Source: Octopus bimaculoides (lineage: Eukaryota). From it: a DNA stretch of 57,899 nucleotides. Each line of letters begins with the position of its first letter. Position 1 is the stretch's first letter. Location: assembly GCF_001194135.2 (NCBI RefSeq), contig NC_068982.1:153898078-153955976 (forward strand), in the 5' to 3' direction. Under the pieces are notes generated by a model. That model was given only the letters and a program-made list of their open reading frames with translations. It was not told the DNA's origin and searched no databases. The translations under genes were made by a program, and so were the position numbers. Below are positions 36,281-49,904 of the stretch, piece after piece.

Positions 36281-38624
36281 TCCTGTGTGTGTGTGTGTGT
36301 GTATTATATAAATTATATATACAAGACTTTCTGTGAATTCAAGAGATTTTGTGTTTTCATCCAAAATGGAGATGAACACTGTTCCCCTACGTGATCAGCT
36401 TGAAAAATTGTTAATATATTAAGATCTTTTTCTTAACATGGAACCAAATAAAGAAATTCTATCCGCCAATGCGGTGTTGAGCACTCATTCTCATCATTCA
36501 ACATTAATGTATATAACTCCCACTCTCTCTCTAGGTTACTGTTTCTGCCCTCATTCTAGTTAACACTTACTCTCTTTCTCTTCTTTCTCTCCCTCTCAGT
36601 GGCTGGTTAACCATGGACCTCCTCTACAGCAAGACATCTGTTTCTGCCTCTCTGTCACACTCTAATCTTTCATCTGACAGAAGATCGCCTCCTCCAATGC
36701 CCCCTCTCCGCTCAAAGACATTTTGTCTTGCAAAGTCACTTAGTGACTAGTGCAGGTGCCACTTAAAAAGCACCCAGTCCACACTATAATGTGGTGGGCA
36801 TTTGGAAGAGCATCCAGTTGTAAAAACCATGCCAAAACTGACCTCGCCTGTGCAAGTACTATGTAAAAAGCACTCAGCCCACTCTACAGAGTGGTTGGTG
36901 TTAGGAAGGGCATCCAGCCATAAAAACCATGCCAAAACAGACACAGAAGCATGGCACAAAACAAGTAGGCTGAAGAGAACAACATACAGAGAAACCTTAA
37001 GTACCCTATTAATGGTCCACAAAGAGATTGTAATCAGAGTACCAAGGGGCAGAAGTTATTACAACCCTGCTATTACAGTTGGTGAATGGTCAGTTGTGAT
37101 ACCAGGATTGGTACAACAGGTTCACATGGGTGGTAATGCATTATTCCTTGTACATTTTACTAAGACTTGCAACAATGTGCAAGTGTCTAGCTGTTTGGAT
37201 TCTGAGATCATTCAGAACAAGGAAAAAGCAAATTGTTTATCCTATGGAGAACATTTTTTTTCAGTCATCTGGACTACCACCAATCCTAAATATGTTCATC
37301 TCAAAGTATCAAACACACAGTGAAACTCAAAGCAATCCAACACCGCTGCACTGAAAGGACTACATCAGTGTAACAGATGAGCTACTGAGAAAAAGCAAGA
37401 AGAAATGAGATTCTACTCCCTAGAGAAATGTGAAAGATATGGGCTGGATTCCACAATAAGGTGCCAGGAGTCCTTCGCTCTCTATCTTAATGTACTATGG
37501 AAGTTTGGAGTTCAGGAGCCTACAACTTCTCAGTACTTTGCCAGGGACGGGCCTGAGAGATCTGTGAGGAAATGTCCAAGGAACATAGGGACAAATTTTT
37601 ACCTGAGATGCTGGATGAGCCCATGTCACTATGATGGCTTGCTGCTTCACCATGAATTTGAGGTAAACTAGCAATAACACTAATAAAGATTCCCCAGCAT
37701 GGCTACATGCACTGGCTTAAACCACTGAACGATAAAAGACACACACACACGCACACACACACATACATACATATATACATATTTATGAAGAAAGATTTTT
37801 TTTTTAATTAAAATTATTATAATTATATGTATATAAATATATTTTTTAAAAATCTTAAAAATAAAACAGAAAGACATGTACCTTTTGAAATGCGTCCACA
37901 CACACTATGTCATTACTGTTATTACCATTTAGCTTAATATAATATAGTTTCAGGCTACAAAAAAGTAACAAAATTAAAAAAGGAAATTAAGCTTTATTAT
38001 AATATGACACTGGGTATGTTGAAAAAAATACATTATTACGTTTTTCTTTTCTCTTTTTTGTTTTTTTTTTTTTTGGAATAAAAAGAAATGTTAATAAAGG
38101 AAGTACAAAGCTTAATTTTCTACGTTTGTTTTCAGTTTGTTTTTTCACTTCCTGAAACTTGAAAAGGTCGAGTGCTAGACTACATAACATTTTTAAATGT
38201 ATTCATAATTTTTTTCAAGCACTTTGTATTATATTTTCTTTAAACATTTATTACTTCTTTCCTCAGCTAACTTCTCGTTTTCTATCCATTCAAATTCTTT
38301 ATTTTAACTGTTTGTTTATATTTGGCATTACATTAAGGAATANNNNNNNNNNNNNNNNNNNNNNNNNNNNNNNNNNNNNNNNNNNNNNNNNNNNNNNNNN
38401 NNNNNNNNNNNNNNNNNNNNNNNNNNNNNNNNNNNNNNNNNNNNNNNNNNNNNNNNNNNNNNNNNNNNNNNNNNNNNNNNNNNNNNNNNNNNNNNNNNNN
38501 NNNNNNNNNNNNNNNNNNNNNNNNNNNNNNNNNNNNNNNNNNNNNNNNNNNNNNNNNNNNNNNNNNNNNNNNNNNNNNNNNNNNNNNNNNNNNNNNNNNN
38601 NNNNNNNNNNNNNNNNNNNNNNNN

Positions 38625-38920
38625 GCGAAAACACCTAAAAGCTCCACGAGGCTCCGGCAGGGGATGGTGGCGAACCCTGCTGTACTCTTTCACCACAACT
38701 TTCTCTCGCTCTTACTTCCTGATTCTGTTGTGCCTGTAATTCAAAGGGTCAGCCTTGTCACACTGTGTCACGCTGAATATCCCCGAGAACTACGTTAAGG
38801 GTACACGTGTCTGTGGAGTGCTCAGCCACTTCCACGTTAATTTCACGAGCAGGCTGTTCCGTTGATCGGATCAATTGGAACCCTCGACGTCGTAAGCGAC
38901 GGAGTGCCAACAACAACAAC
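38625..38920 (+). mobile_element. SINE family B copy (head lost in gap), (CAA)n tail
   Basis: Near-identical to the reverse complement of 3927-4230. Confidence 0.9.
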
Positions 38921-40189
38921 AAACTACGTTACTGTATAAGTCCTTGATCAATGTTCAATGAACGGACGTATTACGATACACGAACAACCAGGTGTCATCA
39001 ACAGAACTATTGTAGCAGGCATACCATTCCTATGTCTAGCTGTTGTGAGAGGTGGGGCACTGACAATTAGATATACTCTAGGATATTACTAGACTCGATG
39101 AGTGGTTTACCAATTGGAAATAGCAGCCAAATTTCTTCTAAATCATACTCCCCAGCGTCTTAAAAATGATATCTAAAACTGCGGTCATTGCTGGAATGTT
39201 ATGACCATGTGTTTATGTATCACCATGTGTGTTCATATGAGTGTGCTGTCAATTGTGTGCTTGGGTTGTGTATGTGTGTGTGAGATTTACTTTATATCTG
39301 CGTCAATATGACCCCATGTACAAATAATCAGATATGTATGCCTCTGTTAATGTGTGTATACATGCGATCATGTGAAAGCATGTACACTATCTTAAGTTGC
39401 TTGTTGAATAAAACTAGTAGTGTATTGATTCTGAGAAAAACTTAATTCAATCGATGATACAACACAAACAGAAACGGAGCGAAGAGAAAGGAGAGGGTCG
39501 AAAGGTATAATTTTAATTTAATTACTTTTTTTTTTAGGATAATTTACTTTCACTTTTTTACGTCGGAATCTTAGACTGTATCACGAACATCAGATTTACC
39601 TGACAGAATCTTGACATAAACAATATGGTTTTGACTCCGCTAGTTTTCCAGTTAAGTGCGCTACATATGTGTCTGATAAAATATATATTGTTTTCTATTT
39701 ATCTTCAGTGTGCAGCTACTTTGCAATAATAATTTGTTCTTAAAAAAATATATGAATTACATATGAATTATCTTCTACGTAACCAGATTTAGTTAGCAAG
39801 TAGTCAAACAAGTTTTACCGGTGTAAGCTGATCACAACAGATATTAAGCGGTGTAAACATAAGATTGTTTCTCATTAATTTAATTCCAGAAAATTAAGGA
39901 ATTGTTCGCAATTACACATTTAGGTATTACCTTATAGAAACATTTAATATACTTTATAGTATATTGTGGTTGCATAACGAAATACCACGTACTTACAAAT
40001 CATTACACTTCAGAAGTCTTCCGTTTTGCATGAATTAATTAAATGAGAACTGGCTTAAAATTAAATACCCGACTTCTTCTTGGTAATTAATTAAGAGAAA
40101 AGTTTTGCATTTATGTGATGGTGTGAGGAAGAAGTTTCTCATAAAGCTGAAGATCTTTCTATCTATTCATCTATGTATCCATCCATCCA

Positions 40190-40227
<38 letters not shown>

Positions 40228-43200
40228 TATCTGATTTTTCTAGATAGATAGATAGATAGATATGTAGCAGAAGCATGTTCACAGTGTGCCTGTTTTCTGC
40301 AAGTAGTTACATAACCTGGTCACACATCAATCTAGCCCTTCTGGCTCTCCATCCCATCACCCGACAGACCAGCTGAGCACGGGAAATCTGTCTGTTCGCT
40401 GTAAGCCTACCCGGAGCTATGTAAGGAAGCCTTTCCCGTAATTTCTTCAGCGAGGTGGGTTTGCCCGATCGAGTTCGGATCTTCGGCAGACAGCAAGTTT
40501 ATTTTGCAGGCAACCTCCGGTGTACCTTTGACGCATACGCTTATTCCCGTCTGCTAGCAGAAGTTTTGTTACGTATTTGTTTTCCTATTCTACATCGCAT
40601 ACATCATTATAATGTACCAACTGCATGTTAAACTATTGTGTATATATATTCTGACCGTACTTTCAGGATGTATCTCAATAGCTTTGCCGTGTTAATTCTC
40701 TTTAACGGGTTTAATATATCGTCACATTTTATCTTTCTGGTTTTTCTATTTCTTTTTTTTTTTTTTTATCTACCCGCACATATATATTGTAGTTCAAACC
40801 AGCCTTGTTCATCAACGCAACTTCAACCATTAAAGATAAATAGACAAATTGCATTTATTCTTTGAACCGACTAAGTCAGAGCCTGGCAGTTGCTCTGTTC
40901 CTACGATTTGGGTGTGTTTATCCCCAGTACAGAATTTGATGGGACAAATAAAGTTTTTTAACATTACTGTTATTTTTGTGTTTTTATTTATTTTTAATTT
41001 ATGAGAGCGGCATTGGCTTTAGGATGATTGTGTAGCAGACCTGTAATCAAAGACATTCCAGTCGTGATCATTCCTTTTACTTATATGCAAAGTACTCAGG
41101 ACCACATTATGCGCCGTCTTCTTTTCTCAAAACGACAGTGAGTAATTTAAGAGAGACTTGGTTGCTAATTTTTGCAGGTCAAGTAGCTAGGTAGCAGCTC
41201 CCTAACTGACTCAGATACTGCTGATATTGCGTAGAAAGATTTGCCTAAGCAGACGAATTGCAGGATGGGGAGTGAGTGGGGAGGGAATTTGAACCTTAAG
41301 AAAGTGTGTGCGTGAAATGCGTGCGGCAGTACAGCTGCGAGATAGGAATGGAAGGCAAGCAGTGTCAACGACATGTTGTGGGTACTCTTCTAAGAGTAAA
41401 AATAATTCATTTGCTTCGACTTGGAAATGAAATCAGAGATTCTGACGCAGCCGTTGGGAAGCCGAAAGAATTCAAAGAAAGGGAAAGCAAGTTTTATGTA
41501 AGTGGAAAGTGAAGAAGAAAAAGTAAAGCAGCATCAATCGTGTCGTGGATGTAACTCAAGGATCGACAAATGAAATCGGCGATAATTTAGACTTCAAAGT
41601 GTTCAATGAATAAGGCGACATAACTGGTGTCCATGGTTCATCGTTAGTGCAAAGTATGAAAGGAGTATTCTGTCAAGTCTGATCTGAGACCAAACAGCGA
41701 CGACGACGACAACGACGACAACCACTTATCTTTTGCCATAATTTCATAATTTTCAGGTGGCATTTTGCTTTTTATGAATCTCACAATTTGTTTACAAGTT
41801 GTTATTCTACATAGCTTCATACTTCCACTTTGATACAATACAAAGGCATCCAAAATATCTTTTTATACTTGATGTCCAGTTAATACATTCATTTTATTCA
41901 AGATTCTTTGGCCATTTTGGTGAATCTAGTACTTCGGGGCAATCTGGAGGATATAATGTGCCCCTATGTTTTCTTTATATGGTGAAAGTAGAACTATATA
42001 ATACTATTGTTATATAAAATTTGATCCTAAATTTTTCTTCAGACTTTTCCCCAGTACTACGGCTTTATTCCCTATTGTTCTTCTTCATTATATCTGTAGA
42101 AAGACAGCCCAAATTATACCAGCATTCAGATTCTTGAAATTTATTATTTCTTCCCCATATAAATTTCTTATAGCTTTCAACTTGTTCTTTTGATGCGAAA
42201 TCTCTTTCAGTAATTGAGCTGTTTACATTGAAGATATGACAGACGAATTTAGGGTGTTTTACAGAGTTTACCATGCACTTTGCATGAATATATTCATGTT
42301 AAGTGGTCGGAAAGTGGAATCCTCCCCTATTATTTATTAGATCATGTCGAAACCAAAATAGCAGAGATGTCTTACAAGGAAAACAAGCAACTCTTTCCCA
42401 AAATTACGTCGACCACATATACAAATAACTGCAGAAATATATTGACTAGGATACAAATCCCTACATTATTCTGCTTACTTTCTACACCTCCCTCCGACCG
42501 ACTACCACTTTTTCAAACATCTCAATAACTTTCTTCAAAAAGAAGTTTACATCAACCAAACAGTTACTCGAACCGTTTTCGAAGAATTCATTATTATCAG
42601 GACTTCAGAATTTATATGATACTGAAATAAATAAAATGGTTGGCAAAAAGTGTGGCTTCTAATGGTTATTATCTCGATTAATAGAATTTATTCCGAACTG
42701 AAATGTACTGCTTTACAGTTTTAATTAAAAACCGCAATAATATTTAAGACCAGCCTGATAATTTTCATGCGATTATTAACCATAGTTCATCGAACAAGAA
42801 AATCATCGGTAAATATAAATTGTTTCTTTCTTCGTTTCAAAGGCTTGAGTATCATCGTAACTAAATTTTTTTCATTTCTTTGCAAACTTGCTGGATTTAC
42901 AATGGGAATCACTGTTAATTGAGAAACTGTTATTCAGAAACTATCGATATTTATAGTGTGAATCATGTATTCGGTATTTTCCGCAACATCGCTTCCCAGC
43001 AACAGTGCTGAGTAACCACCAGAAATATTCTATTTAGTTTACTCCACATTTTAGCACGCCTGTTTTGGTTTTGTTTTTAATCGCTTATCCCTGCAGTTAC
43101 TTCGCCAAACTCTGGCAGCTGCTTCCACCAAACAGTTTACCCGCTGAAGACTTGTTCTTCGTTTGTAGCTTTAGTCTTTTTCTCAGATGACTCGGCCGTA

Positions 43201-43819
43201 TTCATAATGGAACGCTTTCTCTTTTCTTCTACAGTTTTCCAATTTCTTCTTTCCTACCTTAACTGCCATCCTTGCCCCTCTAGAAATTCTGTAAGCCCTT
43301 AAAATTTTCTTTCACATGCTCCTCCTTTCTATATCATTCCACCAAAGTACTATCAACTACCAGGATTATGTTTATCATTACAATATTGTTTGGGGAAATA
43401 TGAGCTTCCTTCAACTCCGCCTGCACTTTCTAATTATTCAAGCCATTAAAACATTTCTATCATGGCCTCCGCTTCCTTATACTCTTGCATTACCCTTTGT
43501 TGCTCTTCTTGTTAAAAATAAAATGCAACTTCGTATTGATTCTCATTACTTTTATTTTTATATGTTGTTGTTTTAGTGTACCTGCAACAATGTTCAAGAC
43601 TTGGTTAAGACACCAGAAGTATTCTTTATGGAATGACATGCTCGCTGTTCTAATATACTTCACTTAAGCGTAACCGCCTCACTGATGGCAAGTAGTCATG
43701 TCACTGAAGCTCCACTGTTTAATATATCTAAGACACAGAAGCTTATTGTGTGTCACTCTCATAAAGAATTGCAACCGAACTGAAAGGGCTTCATTTTGCA
43801 CAACATCCTTCATAATAAC

Positions 43820-44330
43820 TCCCTTCGTTTAACTGTCTCCCATACGTATTATTTTCTTAACCCTGCCGCTTTAGTTAGAGAGTCTTTTGAAATCCTCTAG
43901 TTCAAACATCTCCCTCTAGTTCAAACATCCTCTAGTTCAAACATCCTCTAGTTCAAACATCTCCCCCTCTCGCTGTTCTTGCAGGAGGCCATATGTCCAT
44001 TTGTTCTGTTTCAGTTCAGCTATGTTCTGTACAGATATCATCTCTTTCATTTGCAGTTTGGACATTATCACCTCAACGTCTCTTCTCACACGTGCATCAT
44101 TCCTTCCTCATCAATATTATTGACTGGGTCGTGCAATTTGTCCACAGAACCCTGCAGCATCAAGCAGTAGTGTGTTTTTACTAATGTAAACCTTTCTGTC
44201 AGCGATGTTCAGAGCAGCTGGCTCTTCCTTTTGTTTTCAATAGCTTAGTCATAGGATGAACAGTAGTGCCTAAGACTATTTTCAGAAACTCTTACAGTGG
44301 CAGGAAGAAGCGAGTAGGTTATCTCAAGAG
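43820..44330 (-). mobile_element. Highly decayed LINE remnant, probably RTE C-terminus
   Basis: Weak similarity to the RTE ends at 32038 and 35462. Confidence 0.3.
43895..43961. repeat. 16-bp tandem repeat CTCTAGTTCAAACATC x4
   Basis: Units at 43895, 43914, 43930, 43946. Confidence 0.95.
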
Positions 44331-44771
44331 TAGATATCAAACGTGAACGCTTGCAACAAACCGAACTCCGCTAAGTCATATTTGGAATAACTAATGATTT
44401 TAAGTCTTGTGACAAGCTAAGTCTACCAACCAAGAACATCAATGGGCCTTCTGACGGGGTTGCGACATGTTCCCATTTACCAAATTTAATTAACAAGGAT
44501 TTCTTCAACTAGAGGCTATAGTAGAAAACACATGTTCAAATTACCGTGCCATAGGCTCGAACCAGAAAACACGTATTTGCGAAGCAAAACCACGTGGTTA
44601 CGAAATAAAAACTTTGTATTTGCGAAGTTTGTCAGCTGCACTACATAATATGTAAAAACTTACTTTTTAAAATAGGTTGTTGGAAAGAGATTAACAGTCT
44701 ATTTTAAGATTCTTCATTAATACTGTGTGCTAATGCATTAGTTTAATGATGATAACCCATGAAAGAAGATA

Positions 44772-46020
44772 TATTGGGTTGTTCGGAAAGTTCAGACCGA
44801 TTTTTTAAGGGAAATTAGAAGACAAAACAAAATTATGCCATTGACTATTTATTCAACTAAGTATGAACCATTTTGTTGCACAACCTTTTTCTATCTTTCC
44901 TTCAACTTAAAGATTCCGTCTTCCCAGAATGTTGGTGGTTTCTTGGCAAAGAATTCATTTAGGTGGTTTTTATGTCCTCCAATGAATCAAAATTTTTACC
45001 ATTGAGATTATTTTGCAAGGACCTGAACAAATGAAAATCCGAAGGAGCAACGTCTGGTGAATATGGCGGGTGGGGTACCACATCCCAACCAAGCTGTAAC
45101 AATTTTTGACGAATCCCCAAAAACGCGTGAGGTCTGGCATTATCCTAATGGAAAACAACACCTTTCCTGTTCACCAATTCTGGACATTTTTCTTGAATTG
45201 CTGCCTTTAGATCCTCCAGTTGCGAGCAGTACATCTCAGAATTGATTGACTGCTTATTTGGCAGGTCATAGTACAGGATTCCTTTCCAATCAACCAGATG
45301 CAGAGCATAACTTTCTTAGAAGGAAGACCTGCTTTGGGGTGGCTAAAGGAGGCTCATGTCTCTTACCCCAGAATCTTTTTCGCTGAACATTTGTTGTAAA
45401 CAATCCATTTCTCATCACCTGTCACAATTTGCTTTAAAAAGGGTGCATTTTCATTGCGTTTATACAGCAAATCACAGATAGAAATGCGATCCAAAATATT
45501 GTTTTCATTCAGACTATACGGAACTCAAACATCGTAGCGATTTGAGCACTCAAACTTCACTAAGTGCTTATGGAATTTCTGCCAATTCTGCGGGTTATTC
45601 TCAATCAATGTCTTGATTTGATCGTCATCTGAAGTGGAGGGGGGTCTGCCTGAGCATTCTTCATCAATAAGGATACAATCACCAACTCTAAACTTAGCGA
45701 ACCACTTCCGTACAGTTCTGTCAGCTAAAGCACCTTCACCGTACACAGGACATATATTTTTTGTTGCTTGCAAGTATTTTTGCTTTTACGGTAATAAAAA
45801 AAAGTGTCTAAAATACACCTTATAATTTTTCATTTGCATAGGGATGCAAAATTGACATGAATTAAGTAATTTTGAACTTTCTTTCTCAAGAAGAGACAGT
45901 TTGAAGTGTGCGCTAACCGGAAATGTAAGCATATTATATGTATCGATAAATTTGGCGTGCTCTAATTCGTTGGAACATGAGCGACTAAAAATCGGCATGA
46001 ACTTTCCGGACAACCCAATA
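44772..46020 (-). mobile_element. Full-length but decayed mariner DNA transposon (~1.25 kb)
   Basis: TIRs TATTGGGTTGT(T/C)CGGAAAGTTCA(GA/TG)CCGATTTTT at both ends, TA flanks; transposase pieces MQMKNYKVYFRH and ATKNICPVYGEGALADRTVRKWFAKFRVGD..DEECSGRP; frameshifts and stops. Confidence 0.93.
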
Positions 46021-47527
46021 TATTGGCAGTAGACTATGATTGCTGTAGATGACTTTGTGATATGTTTATGTTAAACAGAAATGAGATCTGTTGGGACCTG
46101 TTAACAAAGAAGGATAATATTGTCTAAAAAAATTTTTTTAAGAGGACTAAATTATATTTCTCCAGAGACATAAAACGCAAACTTTTCTGAGATGAAATGT
46201 ATTTCATCATTAAATGTATTTAAATGTCCTTTTAATAGGTATACAAATTCCAGATAGGTAAAAGCCAACATTATATTTCAATGAAAATTAACTTTGTTAT
46301 ATCCGGTTAAACAATATGGAATTATCTTATACACTGGCGATCCCTTTAAATATTTGCTTAAGGACAATATGCTTAAGTAGAATTTTTTCTGAGCCCTTTC
46401 TCAATTCAATCTGTTAATTTGCCTATTTTTAATTGGTCATTATTAATTCTTTCCTCCTTCAATTTTCCAATAGCAGTTATCTTTTTCAAGATAATGCTGA
46501 AAAATATTCATTCGGTCTGTGAGAAATGTCAGATCAACCTTGGTACTTTTACTATTAGCATGACATTTACAGAAAAATCAGTGTTTAATTACTCCAAATC
46601 ATTGGTTGTTAGGAATTAAAATTTGAAAAGGTTTCCAATTATGTTAATTCATTTTTTTTTTCTTCCAAAATAAAAATTATGGAATTTCGTGTACTTAAGA
46701 ACATCTCAAAAAATCATTCTTATTGTTAGTTGTTTTTGGTCGAGGAGAATAAAATCAAATAAGTGAAACAGTAAAAAAATTATTTGACCTTTTCAGTCAG
46801 GAAGGATCTGAATATGATAATTACAATGTGTAAGGAAACGCGATTAGATTAGTCCAATGTTTAAAATGTTTAAGATTTCTGTAAGCGTTCCATAAGGAGA
46901 CATTCTTGAAATGTGCTTAGAAATAAATGTGTTTTATTAAAAGCAGGAAAAGCTCCATGAAAGACAAACAAAGACTGGAGCTGAAGTTTCAGGGCCTATA
47001 TTTTTCAACCTTTCTCAAATGAATAGATAAGTAGATATATACTTGTGTGCACGTGTGTATGTGCGTGCGCCTGAGTGTGTTTCTTTTTAAAAAAGAATAT
47101 TGACAGGTACTTCGAAGTTTCAACCAGTTACGCTATCGTCAGACTGCGATGCATCAAAATTAATCTTGGCTTTATATAATCTCTGTTGAGTTGAAGACTT
47201 CCTTGGATGTGTGGGTTTGAGTGAGGTGGTCATTAGATTTTAGGATGGATTGTTATGGAGAGGTGTTTTGGAAAATTTGTTATTGATTAAATTTGGGGTT
47301 ATTCTATTGTTTAGAATTTATCCAGGTATGTAGAGCTTTGTAAGTAAATGTGTATGTTTAGCTGTTCCGTTGGCTAGGTAAGCACAGGGTGTATTTGTAG
47401 TTCAGATATTTTGGGGTTTATTGGATTTAATCCTTTGCTTTGACAAGGTAAAGTTCAGAGGTACAAAGTCTAGTATTCAGAGCCTTAATAACTGAGTGCG
47501 TCAACTCTTTGTAATGGATTTTTATAA

Positions 47528-47745
47528 CCCTTTAGCATTCATCTTACTCTAATCAAATATAATATTTATTCACATTGTTTTAAATTAATCATGCATTGTG
47601 TTGTAGCTTTAAGATTTCGTTGATGTAATAGCTTATTTTTCAGAATGATATTGTGCAGTAGGTGTGAGAGACCAGATCTACCCAGTTTGAACATAAAGCA
47701 TGTGAAATGTTTGGACTTGATATGGCCGGTTTGAATGCTAAAGGG
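47528..47745. mobile_element. piggyBac-like MITE (218 bp)
   Basis: TIRs CCCTTTAGCATTCA / TGAATGCTAAAGGG; flanks ATAA and TTAA (piggyBac-type TTAA target and CCC ends). Confidence 0.85.
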
Positions 47746-48265
47746 TTAAGGGTTCACAAAGCAATGTAAGTAGATGGTATGTTTTCGCTGGTCAGTTGCT
47801 ATACTTCTTGTTGTTATTTGGGAGTATTTCCTATTTTTATTTGGAAGATGAAGGTTATTAGCCAGGCATGTCATAGTGATATGCTTACACCATTGTGACA
47901 ATCGATCCATGCAACATTTAAAATACGTTTATATATGTATATATCTATGTATGTGTCGAGGACACATACATATATATATATACATATATAAACGAAGGGC
48001 TTCTTTCAGTAGGAATAGATGTTTTTAAGAAACAATTTTACTTCCTGCTGTCCGCGGTCCCAGATGAACTTACATCACAGCAAGAAACTAGAACCGTAAC
48101 AACAATGTTGAACTCCCTCCTTTACCAAAAGCCAATCAAAAATGAATGGCCATTGAAAAAGTGATAATACTGGTGGTGCCCCAACATGGCCACAGCCTTT
48201 GGATTAGAACATATAAAAGAATAAAAGAAAAGAATGAAATAATATATAGATAGAAACATACATAC

Positions 48266-48298
<33 letters not shown>

Positions 48299-48329
48299 CG
48301 CACATACATACATACATACATACATACAT

Positions 48330-48816
48330 TAAAGATCAGCGAAAAGAGTTGTGGAAATCAGCTGCCCAGCGGATATTAACATAAAGCTGAATATCAGTGA
48401 AAAGGAGAATACCTACGCTGAACTATTGAGAAATCTACAGCTACTCTATGCAGATTACAAGTTCAGGTTTATGCCTATAATTATTGAGACACTGGGATAT
48501 GTAATACACTGCCTAGCTTCTCAAAACCAGAAAGGAGAAAGCTGATTCGAAGACTACAGATCCAAGCCATCACTGTAAAAATCTGTAAAACTTTCCAGAA
48601 GTTTATCACTTAAGTATATATTAGTATGTCTAGACATGCAACTATACGCATGAGAATACGTACATAAAACAAAACATACAAATTTGCACGCATACATATA
48701 TACAAAAATACACTGTTGTTGTTGATGATTTTAAAATTCCAATGAAGGAGCCGTGGATCTAGGTTAGAAACCAACTCCTTCTGTACTGACAAGAAATCTT
48801 GAAACAACTGAATAAT
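48330..48816 (+). mobile_element. 5'-truncated RLE-type (R4-clade-like) non-LTR fragment embedded in (CATA)n
   Basis: VVEISCPADINIKLNISEKENTYAELLRNLQLLYADYKFRFMPIIIETLGYV..TVKICKTFQKFIT*; (CATA)n on the left (48255-48329) and CATACATACATA on the right (~48819). Confidence 0.75.
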
Positions 48817-49127
48817 GACATACATACATATATACATGAGAGCATGAGTATGTTAAAATTCATCTACTATGATGAAAATTTCCTTCACTGCACCTTGTTT
48901 TTGTCAACTACCAATATAATCATGTTTATAGAAAACAATAGCTAAAACTATTCTATAGATTCCTACACATTTTACATAATCGAATAGAACTAACTGACCT
49001 GAAGGCAGACGACTAAATAGACCAATTTCTATCTAGTACGTTTGCTAACATCTGCATCCAGTTTTTATCCTGATGCGTAAATGGGAGTGTGTATGTGTAT
49101 GTGTATACGAAGAAAAGAAAGAATATC

Positions 49128-49161
<34 letters not shown>

Positions 49162-49369
49162 GTCTTTACTTATATATTATATACATGTGTTTAAGTATGT
49201 GTGTGTAAATTTTATATTCGCCAATACAGAATATTTGGAAGCGAATAAAATTAAACAGCCTAGTGGACGTCTGTAGCTGTTTTCTAACAAACTTAAGAAT
49301 ATTTCTATTACGAACTTCGAGTAAGAAGCTAACTCACGAACATACATAGGATTTACATTGTATAAGAAA

Positions 49370-49526
49370 TAATAATAATAATGATAATGGCTTCAAATTT
49401 TTACACAACGCCAGCAAGCTTAGAGCAGAGGGTAAGTCGATTATATCGAGCCTAGTGCTCAACTGGTACCTATTTTATTGACCCCGAAAGCGGTCAAGGT
49501 GCTAACGATTCTGCCTGCTCGCCGTT

Positions 49527-49527
<1 letters not shown>
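49370..49527 (-). mobile_element. SINE family A copy with internal deletion
   Basis: Minus GGCGAGCAGGCAGAATCGTTAGCA..TTTCGGGGTCAATAAAATAGGTACCAGTTGAGCAC. Confidence 0.75.
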
Positions 49528-49563
<36 letters not shown>

Positions 49564-49571
49564 TGATGATA

Positions 49572-49861
49572 GTCGATAGATATAATAGGTTAGCTTGGGA
49601 GGTTAAGCAGTTGTCGCTGAAAAAGGTGGTAGTAGTACCAATAATTGTCGGAGCACAGGGAACAGTGAGTAAATATCTTGAAAAGTACATGGAACAAATA
49701 GGGGCTGCAATAAGGGTGGCGCACTTGCAGAAAACAGCACTGCTTGGAACCGCTCGAATTCTCCGGATGGTTCTCGAAAAATAAGGGGTGTTACCTTAGT
49801 TTACTGGTAGTGAACAGCTAACAACGTAGTACATCTCCAGCATTAGAAGCTGTGCAAAGAC
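49572..49861 (+). mobile_element. 5'-truncated R4/Dong element (RLE C-terminus plus short 3' UTR) inside (TAA)n
   Basis: VDRYNRLAWEVKQLSLKKVVVVPIIVGAQGTVSKYLEKYMEQIG..LQKTALLGTARILRMVLEK*; (TAA)n at 49530-49562 and 49862-49895. Confidence 0.85.
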
Positions 49862-49895
<34 letters not shown>

Positions 49896-49904
49896 GTAAT
49901 AAAC

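Noticed and set aside
36802-37680. 173-aa, 74-aa and 88-aa plus-strand ORFs; faint hAT zinc-finger-like DWYNRFTW..HYS
   Set aside because: The 5' part is a family C repeat; the rest has no consistent frame or recognisable motif set
40260-40570. GC-richer island
   Set aside because: No recognisable ORF, RNA fold or repeat match by eye; could be an element UTR but cannot be supported
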